NCBI GenBank assembly: GCA_977017645.1
Contig: OZ360230.1
Location: 74,152,001-74,216,000 of the forward strand
Length of the DNA stretch: 64,000 nt
Source of the DNA: Torpedo marmorata
Taxonomy: Eukaryota
Direction of reading: 5' to 3'
Shown piece after piece: positions 13,765-28,009 of the stretch (positions within the stretch are counted from its first letter, which is position 1; the number at the start of each line of letters is the position of its first letter). The notes below the pieces were generated by a model. The model did not search any database and had not been told where the DNA came from. It saw nothing but the letters and a program-made list of their open reading frames with translations. Position numbers and translations under genes: made by a program.

Positions 13765-15131
13765 TTTTTTAAAAAAAATTATTTTATTTAAATTTTTAAA
13801 TCACACAATACATAAATCAAAAAATATATAGTTTCCAAAATACAAGTGATATAAATTTCCTCCCCCCACACCCTCCCACCCCTCCCCAACCCCACTATTC
13901 TAAAAAAAAAAGAATAATAAAAATACATAGTAAAAAAAAGAAAAAGAAAAATAGATTAATAGTGAGGAGAGAACCATCTAAAAACTAATTTTATCCTGGA
14001 GGTTAAACTCGCCAATAGACCTGATTTCTAGAGATTTCAAATCCTTAAACCCATAATTCTCATATATGGGCTCCAAATTTTTAAAAATGAATGATATTTA
14101 TTGCGTAAATTGTAAGTAATCTTTTCCAAAGGAATACATGAACGAAGTTCTGCATGCCACCTATCTAAACTTAAATCTAAATCTGATTTCCAAGTAATAG
14201 CAATACATTTTTTTGAGACAGCTAAAACAATTCGCAGAAATTCTACCTGATACATATTCAATTTATTCCTAATACTAAATTTTCTAATATCTCCAAATAG
14301 AAATAACATAACATTAAAAACTCTAACTAAAAAATTCTTAATTTTCAACCAAAAATCTTGAATTTTTGGACATAACCATGTAGAATGAACAAAAGAATCT
14401 ACTTCATTCTTACATCTAAAACACAAATCCGACAATGTCGGATTAAATTTCTTTAATTTTTTTGGTGTTAAATATAATTGATGAAAAAAATTATATTGTA
14501 CTAATCTATATCTAACATTAATAACTTTAGTCATACTTAATTTACATAAATCTTTCCAATGATTTTCAGCTATATTAACATTTAAATCTAATTCCCATTT
14601 TAATCTTGATTTATGTAATCCTACTTTAGGCATTTTTCTCTGAAATAATTTATACATTTGAGAAGTAAACTTATTAACATTTGCTTTAGTTATTAATAAT
14701 TCTAACTCATTATGTCTTGGAGCAATCAAGTCTTCTCCTAATTTCTCAATCAAAAAAGCTTTAACTTGATAATAAGCTAACCATGTATTATCTAATACAT
14801 TAAATTTTTCCTTCAATCTTTGAAACGTAACAAATCTTCCAGCCTCAAAACAATCTTTAAAATTCTTAATTCCTTTTTGAAACCATGCTTTCAATAACTG
14901 ATTATTCATAGTAAATAATAAAAGTGGATTTTGATATAATGGCATATTTAAAGAAATTAATCCTTTCCCACCTATTTCTTTATCTACCTGTGTCCATATT
15001 TCCAACAAATGTTTAATAATCGGTGAATTTTTCTTCTTTACTAATAATAATTTAGAATTCCACTTATAAATAATATCCTCTTTATAATTTTCTCCTATAT
15101 TATTTAATTCTATATTAACCCAGGCAGAAGT
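13765..15131 (-). mobile_element. 5'-truncated L1-clade LINE with 17-bp TSD (antisense in pax3 intron 6)
   Basis: TSD ttggatttgcattctct at 13748-13764 and 15132-15148; T/A-rich tail, G-rich 3'UTR, open ORF2 C-terminus 14037-15133 with CFRC..H..W.CP knuckle. Confidence 0.95.
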
Positions 15132-15989
15132 TTGGATTTGCATTCTCTAGAACAAAGTTCTCTGCAGCCAGCAGACAAATCGATATTTTTGTCCTACCAT
15201 TTTGGACAAGATTTTAAACCAGTTTCAGTGTTGGATGCAAGGAATACTAATACATTTTGGAACAAGTAATTCTAAAATAGAAAGTAACATTGGCATAATC
15301 ATAGAAAATAATAAAACCAACTTTAAAAATCAGACAAGAATAATTCTATACTTTGTGCTTGATAAAAGTTCAAAATGACTTTGGAGTGAAAAGAAAGTTC
15401 ATACTTTTTTTTGTAAATACAGATCAATATTATTCAGTCATTATATGAAAATTTTGCTCTGTTCTGAGAGATTTAGTAATTATTGTGCTATTACACAAGA
15501 TGCGGGTAGACTTTTTTCCATGACCTATTATAGAAGCAAATATCTTTAATGCTGTGGTTACCTTTCAGAAATGATCATTAATTGTGGTTATCTTTTAGAT
15601 AATATGCACTTGTTGTTTAAATGACATGCATTTGATAAAGCAATATAAGAATATTCCATTAAAAAGGTCAATGTCTTCATGAAAAAAGTATTTTGGAAAA
15701 AAATCTTTTTGTCAAAAAGAATTACCAAAAGACCATAAGATGATTTTTTTTCATGGACCCTCATTGGAGGGAACATAGAAGGAAGATTTGGGCACAAAAA
15801 AGGGTGCCTTCAATTTAGATCATTCCTGGTTTTCTAGTGACTAAATAAATCACAGGAAAAGTAGGGAGAGGGGGAATATTGCAGTTGTTAATCAGGTGTT
15901 TAGATTCCATGAATTCTGGCCCCATTTAAAGAGGCTTTGTGCCAGCACTATTCATTCTCATAATTTGCTCTCTCATTATTTTTATACAA

Positions 15990-17690
15990 CAGAGAACACT
16001 GAACAGTACAGCACAGGAACAGGCCCTTCATCCCACATGCCTGTGCTGGTCCAAATCAAACGGAACCTCTGCTGCTTGCACCTGATAGATATCCCTCCAA
16101 CCCATTCATATCTATGTGCCCATCTGAAAGCCTCTTAAATGCTACTATTATATGTGCTTCCACACTGCTCCTGGCATCCCTTTCCAGGCTCCTAACACTC
16201 TATCTAAAATATTTGCCTCTGATGCTCCAAAGAAAACTCTCCCTCTAACTCATACCCTCTAAATCAGGCAATGTCCTGATAAACCTCTTCTGTGTCCTTT
16301 CCAAAGCCTCCACATCCTTCCTGTAATGGGGCCACCTGAATTGCATACAGTATTACAGGCTTTACCAAAGTTTTATATAGCTGCAACATGACTTCCTTAC
16401 TTTTTACTCAATGGCCTGCCCAATGAAGCCAAGCATACCATATACCTCTTTACCACCTTATCTACATGTGTGGCCATTTTCAATGGGCTATGGACCTGGA
16501 TCCCCAGATCCCTCTACACATCAATACATCATTACACATCAAAGTAGGAAAAGCCTTGGGAATTTTTTAGGCTTGCTGTCCAAGGACATTTCATCACCTC
16601 TTTTGGCCTTCCTAATGCCTTGCTTGAACTCTTCCTCGAATCTTTATATTCCTCCAGGGATCTGTCTGATTGTGGCTTCCTGAACCTTACATATGCCATA
16701 TTTATCTTCTTGACTATGTTCATAACCTCTCCTGTCATCCACAGGTTCCTTACCTGCCATCCATGTCATTCCTTCATACTGGACCATACATGTCCTGGAC
16801 TATAATTAGTTGGACCTTAAACAATTCCCATATTTCCATTGTGGGATTGCCCATGAACAGCTGTTTCTAATTAATCCTTCCTAGCTCTTTTCTAATCTTG
16901 CCATAATTTGCCCTCCCTAAATTTTATACTTTTATGAAGACCCAAGCTTACCCTTGTCCATAACTATCTTGAAAGTTAGTGATCACTATTCCCAGAATGT
17001 TCACCACTGAAAATCTGATCACTTGGCTGGGCAATTTGCCAATACATGGTCTGGTATGGTCTCCCACCTGGTTGGGCTATCTACATGCTGCTTCAAGAAA
17101 CTCTCCTGGAGACACTTAACATATTCTGCCTCATCTAAGCCTCTGGCACAATGAACGTCCCAGTTAATATTGGGCAAATTAAAGTCTCCCACTACGACAA
17201 CCCTGTTGCTTTTTCAATTTTCTATATTCTGTCCACATATCTATTTCTCCACCTCCTGGTGGCCATTGGAAGACTTATAGTATAGCCCTCTCAGAGTGAT
17301 TGCACCTTTCTTATTTCTGATCTCTACCCACACTCCCACCATTATGTCCTCTCTGAGTGCAGCTGTGACACTCTCCCTGATTCAGGCTTGCTTGCCCGAG
17401 CATCTGCCATCCCCTTAACTCCTCCACTTGTTGCCTTGTTGCTCAGGTTCTCATCCCCCCCTGCCACTCTAGTTTAAGCCCTCCCCAGTAGCACTGATGA
17501 ATCTCTCCAAGAGGATATTGGTCCCCCTCCAGTTCAGGTGTAATCTGTCCCTCTTGCACAGGTCCCGCTTTCTCTGGAAGAAAGCCCAATGATCTAATTA
17601 CCTGAATCCCTCACTCTTGCACCAGATCCTTGGCCACACATTAAACGGAACTTTCTTGCTTCACTATCACATAGCATGTGGTTAACCTAC
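15990..17690 (-). mobile_element. Old CR1 LINE with internal deletion (ORF1 esterase end, APE and 3' end present; RT missing)
   Basis: Antisense GDFN (aaagtctccc), LHLNW.GTNIL-like ORF1 end near 17500-17560, 3' end at ~16000; junction with repeated acacatcaa near 16516-16542. Confidence 0.7.
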
Positions 17691-17969
17691 TGAATATCAT
17701 AAGGAGGAAACATGGTGGTACATTTTGTTGGAATTTATATTGTCAAGGCATGTTTATGAACAAATGAAAAACAATACTTGATGCTTTTTTCTTGAAGACA
17801 CTGCATCTTTAAAGCTCTGATATTTTGATTTTTGAAACAAGAAAGCAGTGATGCCAATAAGTGCTTTAAACGTTCCAGACACATGTTTATCACCTTTTAG
17901 ACCTAGAATAGCAATTTTGTAATAAAGTGATGCAGCATTAATATACAATAAATGTTATTGTGCTTTCAG

Positions 17970-18184
17970 CAATCTCAGATCCAAGCAACACAGTTCACAG
18001 GCCACAGCCTCTGCCGCCGACATCAGTTCACCAGAGCAGTCTCCCTTCTACTCCAGACAGCAGTTCAGCTTACTGCTTATCCTCCAGCAGGCATGGATTC
18101 TCAGGGTACACAGACAGCTTTGTGTCTCCAGCAGGGTCTACCAATCCCATGAACCCAACGGTTAGCAACGGCCTCTCACCTCAG
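17970..18184 (+). CDS. pax3: Pax3 exon 7
   Basis: ctttcAG|CA...CCTCAG|GTcagt; 215 nt; (A)[71 protein letters not shown]. Confidence 0.98.
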
Positions 18185-20639
18185 GTCAGTTTTGTGATTC
18201 AGAACAAGCCATCTACTGTATGTGTGAACCAAATAGTTTACTACCCACGGCAAAACTAAAGAAAGATTTCTAAATTTAAATCATTGCCCAAGTCTGTTTG
18301 TGCAACTCATATGACTCTGCAGGTTTATGCCCAGTCATTTTTCAAGTACTTAATTTCTTTGACACTTTTTAAGACTTCACTGTCATTTTTTTTGGAATAA
18401 CCAACTATCAGATAAATGGATAAATATTGAGAACACAGCATCAAGAATGATCGCAAAGAATTAATGGCACAACTAATGAAAACATTTGAAATGCAAGTGA
18501 AACCAAACAGCTTTCCATCATTTCAATCTAGACAGCTGCTAGTACATACACATGACTATGCTTATAAAGTGATTTAACGAGGCTACTTTATGCATTGCAA
18601 TTCCATTAACTTGGTATTCCCTTCTGGAATTCACTGCTAAGTAAACAGTGCTCCAGAAATGGAACTCTTGGTGGGACATTACTTCAAGAACCACTTAATA
18701 GATAAACCAAATAAATCTACATGATAATTATTCAGTAAAACATCACTATTTTGCTGAAATTCTCCCATTTTAGTACATTGTATATATGTACAAATGATAA
18801 TTTCCTATATCAATTCATTTTTATTGATTGATATAATTTGTTTCTGACAAAAATCCATATTTTAATGTTAAATAATTTTATACACATCGTCTAGTGTATA
18901 TATTAGTTATTGCCTATATTGTAATTATAGAAGTATGGTCTTAAAAAATAGCAAAAAAAATTAAAGCTTGCATTTAAACAACTGAATTTCATTTTTGTTT
19001 GCAACTTTAAAGCTCTAACTTCATGATGTAACTACTCCGAAAAACGTCTACTATGTGGTCAGTAGATTATATTCAGAAGATATTAATTGTATATGGTGTT
19101 ACAAGATATTTGGGTTGGTGGGGGCGGGGGGGGGGGGGAGAAACTGGAAAACAAAGTTGATTTGTGCCACAAAATTGGCTCAGATGATCATTGAAACGTG
19201 GAGGCTCAAGGCACATTTAATAGTGAATCTCAAGCTGATAGTAGCACCTTTGGCTAATATTGCTTACACTCAATATTGTTCCTTTAAACTTTTTTAATGT
19301 ATTATTAGCTGGTGGAAAGTGGACGTTATCATTTTATTAAAATATACTGTCTCCATTTATTAGCATAAGTTGGACACAGGTGTCATCTGATATGTACACC
19401 AGTTAATTTTTAATATAGGTCACAAGGGACTGGAACATATAATTAAAAGTGAGTCATTTCAGAATGAGGAGATAGAGTGCTAAAGGTGTGATTTTCTTGA
19501 AAAGCATTCTATAAATTGAAGAACAGAAGGAAGCACGAAATGACATAAATGAAAAGTGAAAAGACAATTATAGTCAATTACACACCAATCATTGGCTACT
19601 GCAACTGCTTGAACAGTAAGGAACATTTTAATAGGCAGAAAATGAGATTCTAATGGCACAAAGGGGGGCCAAAATGACTGCTTGCATCTGTGGCTTTTTA
19701 TTCTTTAATGTGCAGTTGAATTGTGCAATGATTTTTTCTGCTTTCTGCAGTACACTGATAACTTCCAGATCCAACAGATCAGAGTATTGTAGAAATTATA
19801 AAGTGAGAATAAACAAATTTCCCCTTTGGGCAAATAGGGACCCTTCCTGGTTTCTTTCATATAGAGCACACAATTAATTGACAACTTAATCAATTTCTCT
19901 GGAAAGTGAGAGTGTAGCAGCATCAAACACACTGCTGTTGCAGTGGAATTAGAAATTCTAAATGCCTTCTGTTCAAAAACAGTCAAGAGGCTCCTCGTAT
20001 TATCACCTAATTTATTTGTTTTGCTCTCATGAATGCCTAGCCCCTGTGTGATAAATTTGTTATTGCAATGGAAATGCTTTGCTACTGTAATTTGAGTTAT
20101 GAGGTGAAGATCATCTTTCCATTGAATAATGACAGCTGCATTCCGTCTAGTGTTGAGGATACAGTTGAATTAAGTTAGAATGGAATTATTTGTAAAATAT
20201 GTCTGAGCATTAACATTTTGCGATGTGAACTCTTAGCTAATGCAATCATAAAAAGTGTATAAAGCCATGGACTGCTGGAACAGAAAAATCCCATTTGGCC
20301 CCTCATTAATGTTCCATCACAAAATTAGGTCTATATCTCATCCCTTTTTCATGCTATTATATGTACTCATTTAAAAAATTAGATATTAGTGGGCTATGTT
20401 TACAATTGTGCCTTTTATGACTGAATCTGCAAGATAAGTTTTTGCCAACTGTAATCATAACTCTAACACTAAATGTCATGATATGATTCTATAACTCTAC
20501 TTACTGCAAGGAAAATATACCTTTCCCCCAAGGTACAATGGCCAGAAAAGAATATGGTTCTCCAGATGAGGTCTGACCAATTTTGTGTGGAGCTGGAACA
20601 AAACTTGTGATGCTTTGTATAATCCACCAATGAAGAAAA

Positions 20640-20795
20640 AAATATGAAAAGTGCGTCAAATACGCAGCAGGTCACTGACCTGAAACATTAACCCCTTTCC
20701 TCTCTTCAGCTACGCTGCATGACCTGTTGATTTTTTTGGTATAATTTCCTGTTTTATACCAGATTTCCAGCATCTGCAGTACTTTGCTTTTTGAT
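20640..20795 (+). mobile_element. PLE-terminus-derived short repeat
   Basis: gacctgaaacattaac...gctgcatgacctg...agatttccagcatctgcagt, same family words as 32387 and 55850. Confidence 0.6.
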
Positions 20796-23700
20796 TAAAC
20801 AAAAAAAACACATTTTCTTTTGTATTTTCTACCCCAATTACTACATCTGTTTTGATATGGTTCATTTAATTCAAAAATTTCAACTTCTCTAGAGCTTTTA
20901 CACATTCGACCAACTGAGATGCATGAAGCAAACCAATGACCAAAGCCAGGAATTAAAATGTGAATTACAGTTACATGCCAAACTTATGTTTTGCCATTAA
21001 GTCAACAAGCTTGACCATAGTGAGTCATCATATATTAAATTGTTCAAATTATGATGACTTTCCAGGTCATTAGATCTGACCAATGTTTTGAACCCGTCAT
21101 TTTATTTCAAAAGGAACTCCATTGTCATCACAACTATCACTGCAAGCTCGATTGAAAAAAATCTGCAAACTAGCTGCTCTTTCAAGCCTACTAATCTCAA
21201 AATAAATAGGAAAGTATAAATGAAGAAAATCCATTTCCTGCATTACCTTTGCATTCAAAACTCAAACAAACATCTGAAAACACCCCCTTTTTCTTCAAAA
21301 ATTTAGAACCAGCATCTGTAACAAAGCCAATAAATCCCAGTGTGTTTTGAGTTGAAGAATAAATAAAGAAAGAATTAATTTGCAGTTCCACATCTGTGGA
21401 TGTTATCAACCAGTCTGTTCAAAGGTGCCAGGCTGAAAGTCTCTGATCTGTTTTCATCTTACATCTTCTGAGGGAAGACCTTTATTTTTATGACCGTGGG
21501 CTTTAGCAAACAGGAAGGATGAGTTGAACCAAGTTTGTTACTGACTCATGGGACAAATACGATACATAAATTGTGTCATTGTTGCAGGCCTCATTCTTCA
21601 TTTCAATACACAATTTACTTGTGCTGGTTGTTAATTTCTTTTAATGTAGTTTTTTTTATCCCAAAATTTAAAAAAAACACCAGAGACATTGTTGAACAAA
21701 TATATAATTTCTTTAAAAAATAAGTTTGAATTTTTCCTGGTGATTTTTCTTAAATTATTTTTCCATTCTTTAATCACTTGGTATTCCCAAAAAGTCCAAG
21801 GAAGACCTTATAAAAACAATTTACTTAGCCTTTAACCAGATACTTTAGTGTTCCCATGTTTCAAAGTTAGTTTTATTTTTGTGTATCATTCTACAAGAGA
21901 CTTTTCTTCATTGATAGTTATATAAGCAATTGTTAAAGCATATATGTTGCTGTAATATCACATAGCTCTTTGATCGGAGTCCTTTTATGGTATGTAATCC
22001 ATCAAGTTCAGTTTTATTACTGTATGGATTAAATATCTTTTACTGTTTTGAAACCATGAAGGAATCTAAAATTTATGTCTACAATGGTGTGGGAACTAAG
22101 TGCCCTTTAACTTCTAAGCAGTGATATTATAGGTAATAAGATCTAGTTCAACTCCATGTGATACATAGCGAATCATGGGTACACAAGAGTGAGTTACAAA
22201 GCTTGCACAGTATCAAGGCATTCAGATCATGTCATAAACCCCAAGGCTGAAGCTGGAACAATGCATGTGGATCATCTGTAATTCAAAGTTATGCTAATGT
22301 CTATCATTTTTGTTCAAGGCATCTTTCAAATACTTTAAAAGTAGATTTTTTAAACATTCCTTACTTTCAACTTACCATAAACTTTGATGCATTATTATAA
22401 TACACTTTATGATTTTTAATATAAAACATGTAAAATAACTTCTTTGTATTCCATTCCTGACTAACATACTTTTTGTGTAGCTTCCAAAGGCAGCCTTATT
22501 GAGAGTGTCATGTGAATGCAGTTTTTATGTGTGAAAGGTTAAGACTCTCAATGGCTTTCCAGTCTTGAGTCCCTCGAGTTGTTGTTGCTGGTGTATGCCT
22601 TATGATCTGTGAAGTGAATGAAAGCATATTTCAAGCTTTCTGTAGTAAAAATATGATAACATAAGATACCAAATTATAACACTTGGTGAAGGAATTTTAT
22701 AGAATTTTTGCAGTAGCAACCTTCAGTTGTATAATTAATTTTCCAGATTATACAATAAATTTAATGCTTTTGATCAAGATTATAAATCAGAGAAAGAAAG
22801 CCAGACGTTTTCTGCCAGTTCCCTTTGACTTGATAACCTGGTTTCTTTTTAATGTCAGGAGCTGGAAATGTTCTTGCTGCTGATCGTCACCAATCATCCT
22901 TTAATTGAATTGAAGATGTGCTTATTGAGATTACAGTCAGACATTACACAAAATAGGAGCTGGTTACTATAAATGTAACTAAATTTTATCAACTAAGTAT
23001 CAAAGATAGAATCAAAATTATCTAGAATAACATTGAAGGATGTTAGCTGGAACATTAAAATGAATCTGACAACCTTCTTATTGCAATGAAAATGCTCCCT
23101 ATGATTGACAAGTTATTAATCAAACCCTCTGTGGTCATTTTCACAATTTTTTCATCTCCAAGATCTCAACATATTTATTAGTTTCATATAAAACTAACCA
23201 GGTTACATATTGCCTTCCTTTTGCAGCTGCCATTCATTTGCATGCAGGGAACATGTAGTAAATATATAAAAAATCAATGGTAATCACAAAGCATTGCAGT
23301 GGAAGTGCAGAATGTGAAATATTACTGTAAAATGGATTCGGTATCTACAGATTTTCGTGTTTTACTTCTTTATTGTTGCATTTGATTTTAAATAGAGATT
23401 TTGTCCAGTTGGTAGAGAAACGTTCCAGCACTATTGACATTTTCTGTACTTTTGTTCTGTAAACATTCTGTACATTTTAATTGCAGAAAGAAAAATTTCT
23501 GATTTGTTTTGATCAAATTGCTTGTTCGAGATATTGGGGTAAATCAAATGTTTTCTTCTAATTGCGCAATGATATAATTGAGACTCAAACAACTCTTTCA
23601 TGCGATTTAGTTCTAATTTACATCAAATTTAGCCACATTTTTGGGGGTAAGGAAGGAAACCGCAGAGGTCTGAAAATAATTTGTTCACAAAATGCAATGC

Positions 23701-26269
23701 AGACTGAATTTACAACAGTAACTAGCACACTGCAAACATTAGGAAATTGAAATGTTTCATCTACTGATTTCTTTGTAAGTTTCTGAACACTTTTAGATTC
23801 CAGCAGTATTGATGTGATACTATGCTCCAAATGCAGATAATGGTAAGATAATCACCAAAGCAGATAACTTTAAAGGTTGAAATTACCTTTATATTAAAAA
23901 AGGGGGCAGTTGCGCATGATATAAATCAGAATGCTGCTGAAACTTAGTACCAGTCCTGTTAGGTTGATTTCTTTAATTATGTAAGGCATGGCCCAGCAAG
24001 CGGCTATTACCATTTGATGATGGAGATTAATGCAAATCATCAGACAGGATAAAGGAAATAAATTACCTGGTCCTGTGCATTTAATATGGAGTCTAAAGGG
24101 AACTGATTTTATTGAATTAATATCACATGTTGCTGTTCAACAAATTTATCCTGCAAAGTAGATAGGATTAACATATGGGAAAGAATGAGCTGGGTGCTCA
24201 TGGATAGCTTTTTGAAACTATATGCATACTTTGGTGTGTTTTTTGAACTGCATTGCTGGAGGCATGGAGTTAATGTCTCAGCAAGCAACAATGAACTTGT
24301 TCAAACCACAGTCCCTTTTCCTTGAATAGAAAATTGTCTACAATTCTGATCAGTGTTTTAACAACATTTTGAAATTGAAGAGGCTGCAGAAGAATGAAAC
24401 TAAATTGTGATTTTGCATTAGGCTCCACAGTTATATGTAAATGTTTACATCATGGACCTTACAGAGATTTTTAATGTTTGAAATATCATAGAAAAATTGA
24501 GCAAAATATATTTTGATGCAATCACAAAATCCATTAAAGATTGCAAAGAAGAGAATGATAAGTACTGGAGGGGATCCTGAAAACTTCAGAATAGCACTGT
24601 GCTCTAAGAGGAGCCACCTTTATTAGTGGGAAATTATGCCTGACAAACCAAAGATTTTTTTTGAGGAGGAACAGATCTATTGGACAGGGAAACACAATGG
24701 ACATTGTTTAATAATCTGTAGGTGTATGGTCCGAAGGGATTGGCAGAAAGAAAACTCTGAGACTGTACTTTTAGTTTAATGCTTTAGGTAAGAAACTAAT
24801 GGGATTGTATTGGCCATCTGTTTTACACTCATATGATTTTACTTTCTGTTGAGATTTAAAAAAAGCATCGGTGAGATTCATGTTAAAATAGTTGACATGT
24901 CACAGATTCTACAAGAGGGCAAAATCTCAAGCATAAGCAAAATAAACCATGGGTTGTTTTTATTATTTTGACCTGCCAAAGTTTGTCCTGCCATTAACAG
25001 CTTGTAAAACCAAATGAAAAAAAAAACTGTGCAGATTGGTGATTAATCCAGGGGAAGTGTAGAAACTTACTCCTGAATACTCTTGTCAGAAATAGTAAAT
25101 GAAAGGGTTAATTGCTTTTGACCATCAACGATCCAGCAGTAGCTTGACCCTCCTCTTGATGATGAATGGAGGGTTATTGACCCGCATGTGTTTCACATTA
25201 AGACCAAGCTTTGCTGTGACATCTTCAAGTGCATTTATCAGGATTCCACTGACAGCATGTTCTGTAAATGACAGAAAGCAAATGTGTAAGGGTCAGAAAA
25301 GAGAATGTCATCAGCTCCTGTATAATACTTTTCTGAATTGAAAAACTGTCAGTGGAGTTTGAAACAAGAATGTTAATTCACTGCAAGAAAATATTTTATG
25401 TATGAGGAAGACCTTATTTAGGCTAAAATAATGAAATATGATATAGCTTTTCCTAGCAATTTGATTCTCTGGAAGATGCACCACGGAGGCAATGATGGAT
25501 TATTAATCTGTGCATAAAATGTATTTTTTAATGCAATCCAGTTTTCTGGTTCAGAAGAAAAAGAGATGAAATATAATCGACCATTAGAAAATTTGATTCA
25601 CTTAACATGGTCCATGGTTTTCACAGATGGGCTTTGGTATTAAAAGCAGCATTCCTTCACTAACTTGAGCAGATCCATGGTTTTTTTTAACGATATCTAG
25701 CTGTGAAATATTTTACTGTTTATTCACTTCAAATTATACTTAACTGCTGATACTTTAACGATGTCAGGAGCAATTTAATTCAATACTTCCTCACAAAATC
25801 TCTGCGGGCATTGCAATAATGTTTAATTTACTTCAAATTAGAACTTGATTTCACAAATTTAATGCTAAGAGGCTGTTGTTTCTGAGATCAATATTAAAAT
25901 ACTGCTCTGTCTTAACACTTAACATGGTTAAATGTCAATACATTTAATCTAAATATAAAGAATCTCATCTGAATAATTTGCAAAGTATTTTCCTAGAAAT
26001 CACAAACATATGAATTCTGAACAATAAAAAAAGAAGCATTTACTTAGCATTGAATAACATGCAGTTTGGTGAATGTACATTCCCATTTCCACATGATATC
26101 CTCAATTTCCTCTTGCCAGTTGTTTTTAATTTGATTACCTAATGAGAATTATAATTGTTGAAGAATAATTACCAATGTACAAAATAATGAGAGTGAAGTA
26201 GACTTCAGCTGAAAAGAATATCAGGCAGGGTGTAAAATGTATTCCCATTTCTTCTTGATCACCTGGACT

Positions 26270-26620
26270 TCATGCTGGTGCAACAGTTAGTGCTGATGCC
26301 TCACAGCAGTTAGTGCCAATACCGCACAGCTCTGGGAATCTGGTTTCAATCCTGAACTTGGCTGTTGTCTGAAACGAGTTTGCAGCTTCATTTCATGACA
26401 TGTGTAGTTCTCTTGTTTCCTCTCATATCTCAAAGATATTATGTTAATTGATTACTGCAGATCGTCTCTTGGTGTTGATTAATAGCAAAATGTTGATGGA
26501 CATGTGTGAGAGAAAATAAGTTGTAAAGACTACAGGGAAATAAAGTGGAATGTGACTAATGGGATTGCTCTTCTTGAGTTGGCATGGACAATTTGGACTG
26601 AATGGCCTCCCTCTGTGTCA
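26270..26620 (+). mobile_element. tRNA-derived SINE (HE1-like)
   Basis: gttagtgctgatgcctcacagc head (partly duplicated), B box ggtttcaatcc, 3' ggactgaatggcctccctctgtg shared with CR1 3' ends. Confidence 0.7.
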
Positions 26621-27070
26621 AGTTTTCTGCTATGACTACTCTACTAAATATTTTCAAAAATTCCCCTTTGCTTCTGAAGAATCTTATGATTTGCAATATT
26701 TCAGGAATAATATAATTTAAATTCTGAGTGTTTAAACCACCAAATATTATATTTTGGTTTTAAATCATCGGATAGTGACTTTAGGGATAGTACCTCCAGG
26801 GTAAGAATGGAAGATTTCCATTTTCAATCAATTAATCTTGGAAGAGGGTATTTTCCTATGTCAAGCCTGCTTATTCAAATTAATTTCAGATTCTTCAGAG
26901 AAATGAGAATAGAAATGAACATGTAAAGAACAGAAACCTGAGTTAGAGAAAATGGTTTATTCTTCTGGACATTTTTTCATAGTTCCAGAAGTATTCTTAA
27001 TACTTTACCTTCCCATATTTCCGCTACTACTTACATTCATTCAGAGCTTTTTATTTGAAAATAACTCAAG

Positions 27071-27495
27071 CAGGGTCGGCGTCATGGGGGGGAAGGCATT
27101 CGCGGGCCATGTCCCCACCCCCAAATGAGTTATTGCGCCCCCCCCGCCCCCGCCCCCGCCGTCAGGGGTTAGAATAGGTGGGCAGCCAGGGCGTCGGGTG
27201 TGGGTCCGGGGCGAGGATCCGCACCCGGGAGCTCGGGCTGCTGGGAAGACGGCTGGGGTGAGGGTCCTTTGAAGGGGCGCCGGGAGCTCCAGTAGGCAGG
27301 CGGCCGGGGCGTCGGGAGCTACGGTGGGCGGACTGCTGGGGGGAGGGTCCGTTGTCGGGGCATCGGGAGCTCGGATGTTCCCCCCGCCACCCCGGTGCAG
27401 CGCCGCCGTCACCCAAAAACCAGTGCCAGTGCCCACCCCCCCCCCCGCGGTTACCCTAATGCCCCTCGATTAGATTTGTTCTGACGCCGACTCTG
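27071..27495. mobile_element. GC/CpG-rich non-autonomous hAT element, perfect 8-bp TSD
   Basis: TSD aactcaag at 27063-27070 and 27496-27503; TIRs cagggtcggcgtca / tgacgccgactctg (13/14). Confidence 0.92.
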
Positions 27496-28009
27496 AACTC
27501 AAGTAACAAATTAACAATTTAGTTTGCTTTGATATTACACTCTGGGTGAAATATTTATTGACCAGTCAAATTGGATGGTCAAGTGGTCATGCTTTCCAAT
27601 TCAATTCTCGTCCTGGGTAGGTTCAGAAAAAACTAGGTCCTTTTGCATTAATCTGGGCTAATGAAAGTTAATGCAGTTGTTCTCAGTTATATGGTATTGA
27701 AATCACTATTATTCAATGCAGCTGAATGTGCAGAGATGTGTTTAAACAGCAGCTGTTAATCTTTTATATGTTTTGCATTGGTTGTCAAAGTCAGATTTCG
27801 ATCCCTTATGTTATCAGAATATTATTTTTTTCTTTGCGGCCTCAAGACACATCTCAGTTCATTTATTTAAGCTCAGGTAGTGCCTGTACCAATTAAAACA
27901 TCAATATAGAATTTGAAGATCATTGATAGATATGTTGCTATTTATTATCTTTCAAAGTGAAGAAAGAATTCATCTAATGAAAGAAAGTGATGACAAAATA
28001 CGTATCTAT

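Noticed and set aside
14037-15143. 368-aa ORF starting MQIQ as a host gene
   Set aside because: The ATG comes from the TSD/flank; the remainder is truncated L1 ORF2
18185-18259. Exon 7 readthrough (VSFVIQNK...RQN*) as a terminal exon
   Set aside because: Short chance open frame after a good GTCAGT donor; no nearby canonical AATAAA seen
27041-27436. Pro/Gly-rich 131-aa and 84-aa ORFs
   Set aside because: They lie in a GC-rich hAT MITE where stops are rare; low complexity, no real start or splice context
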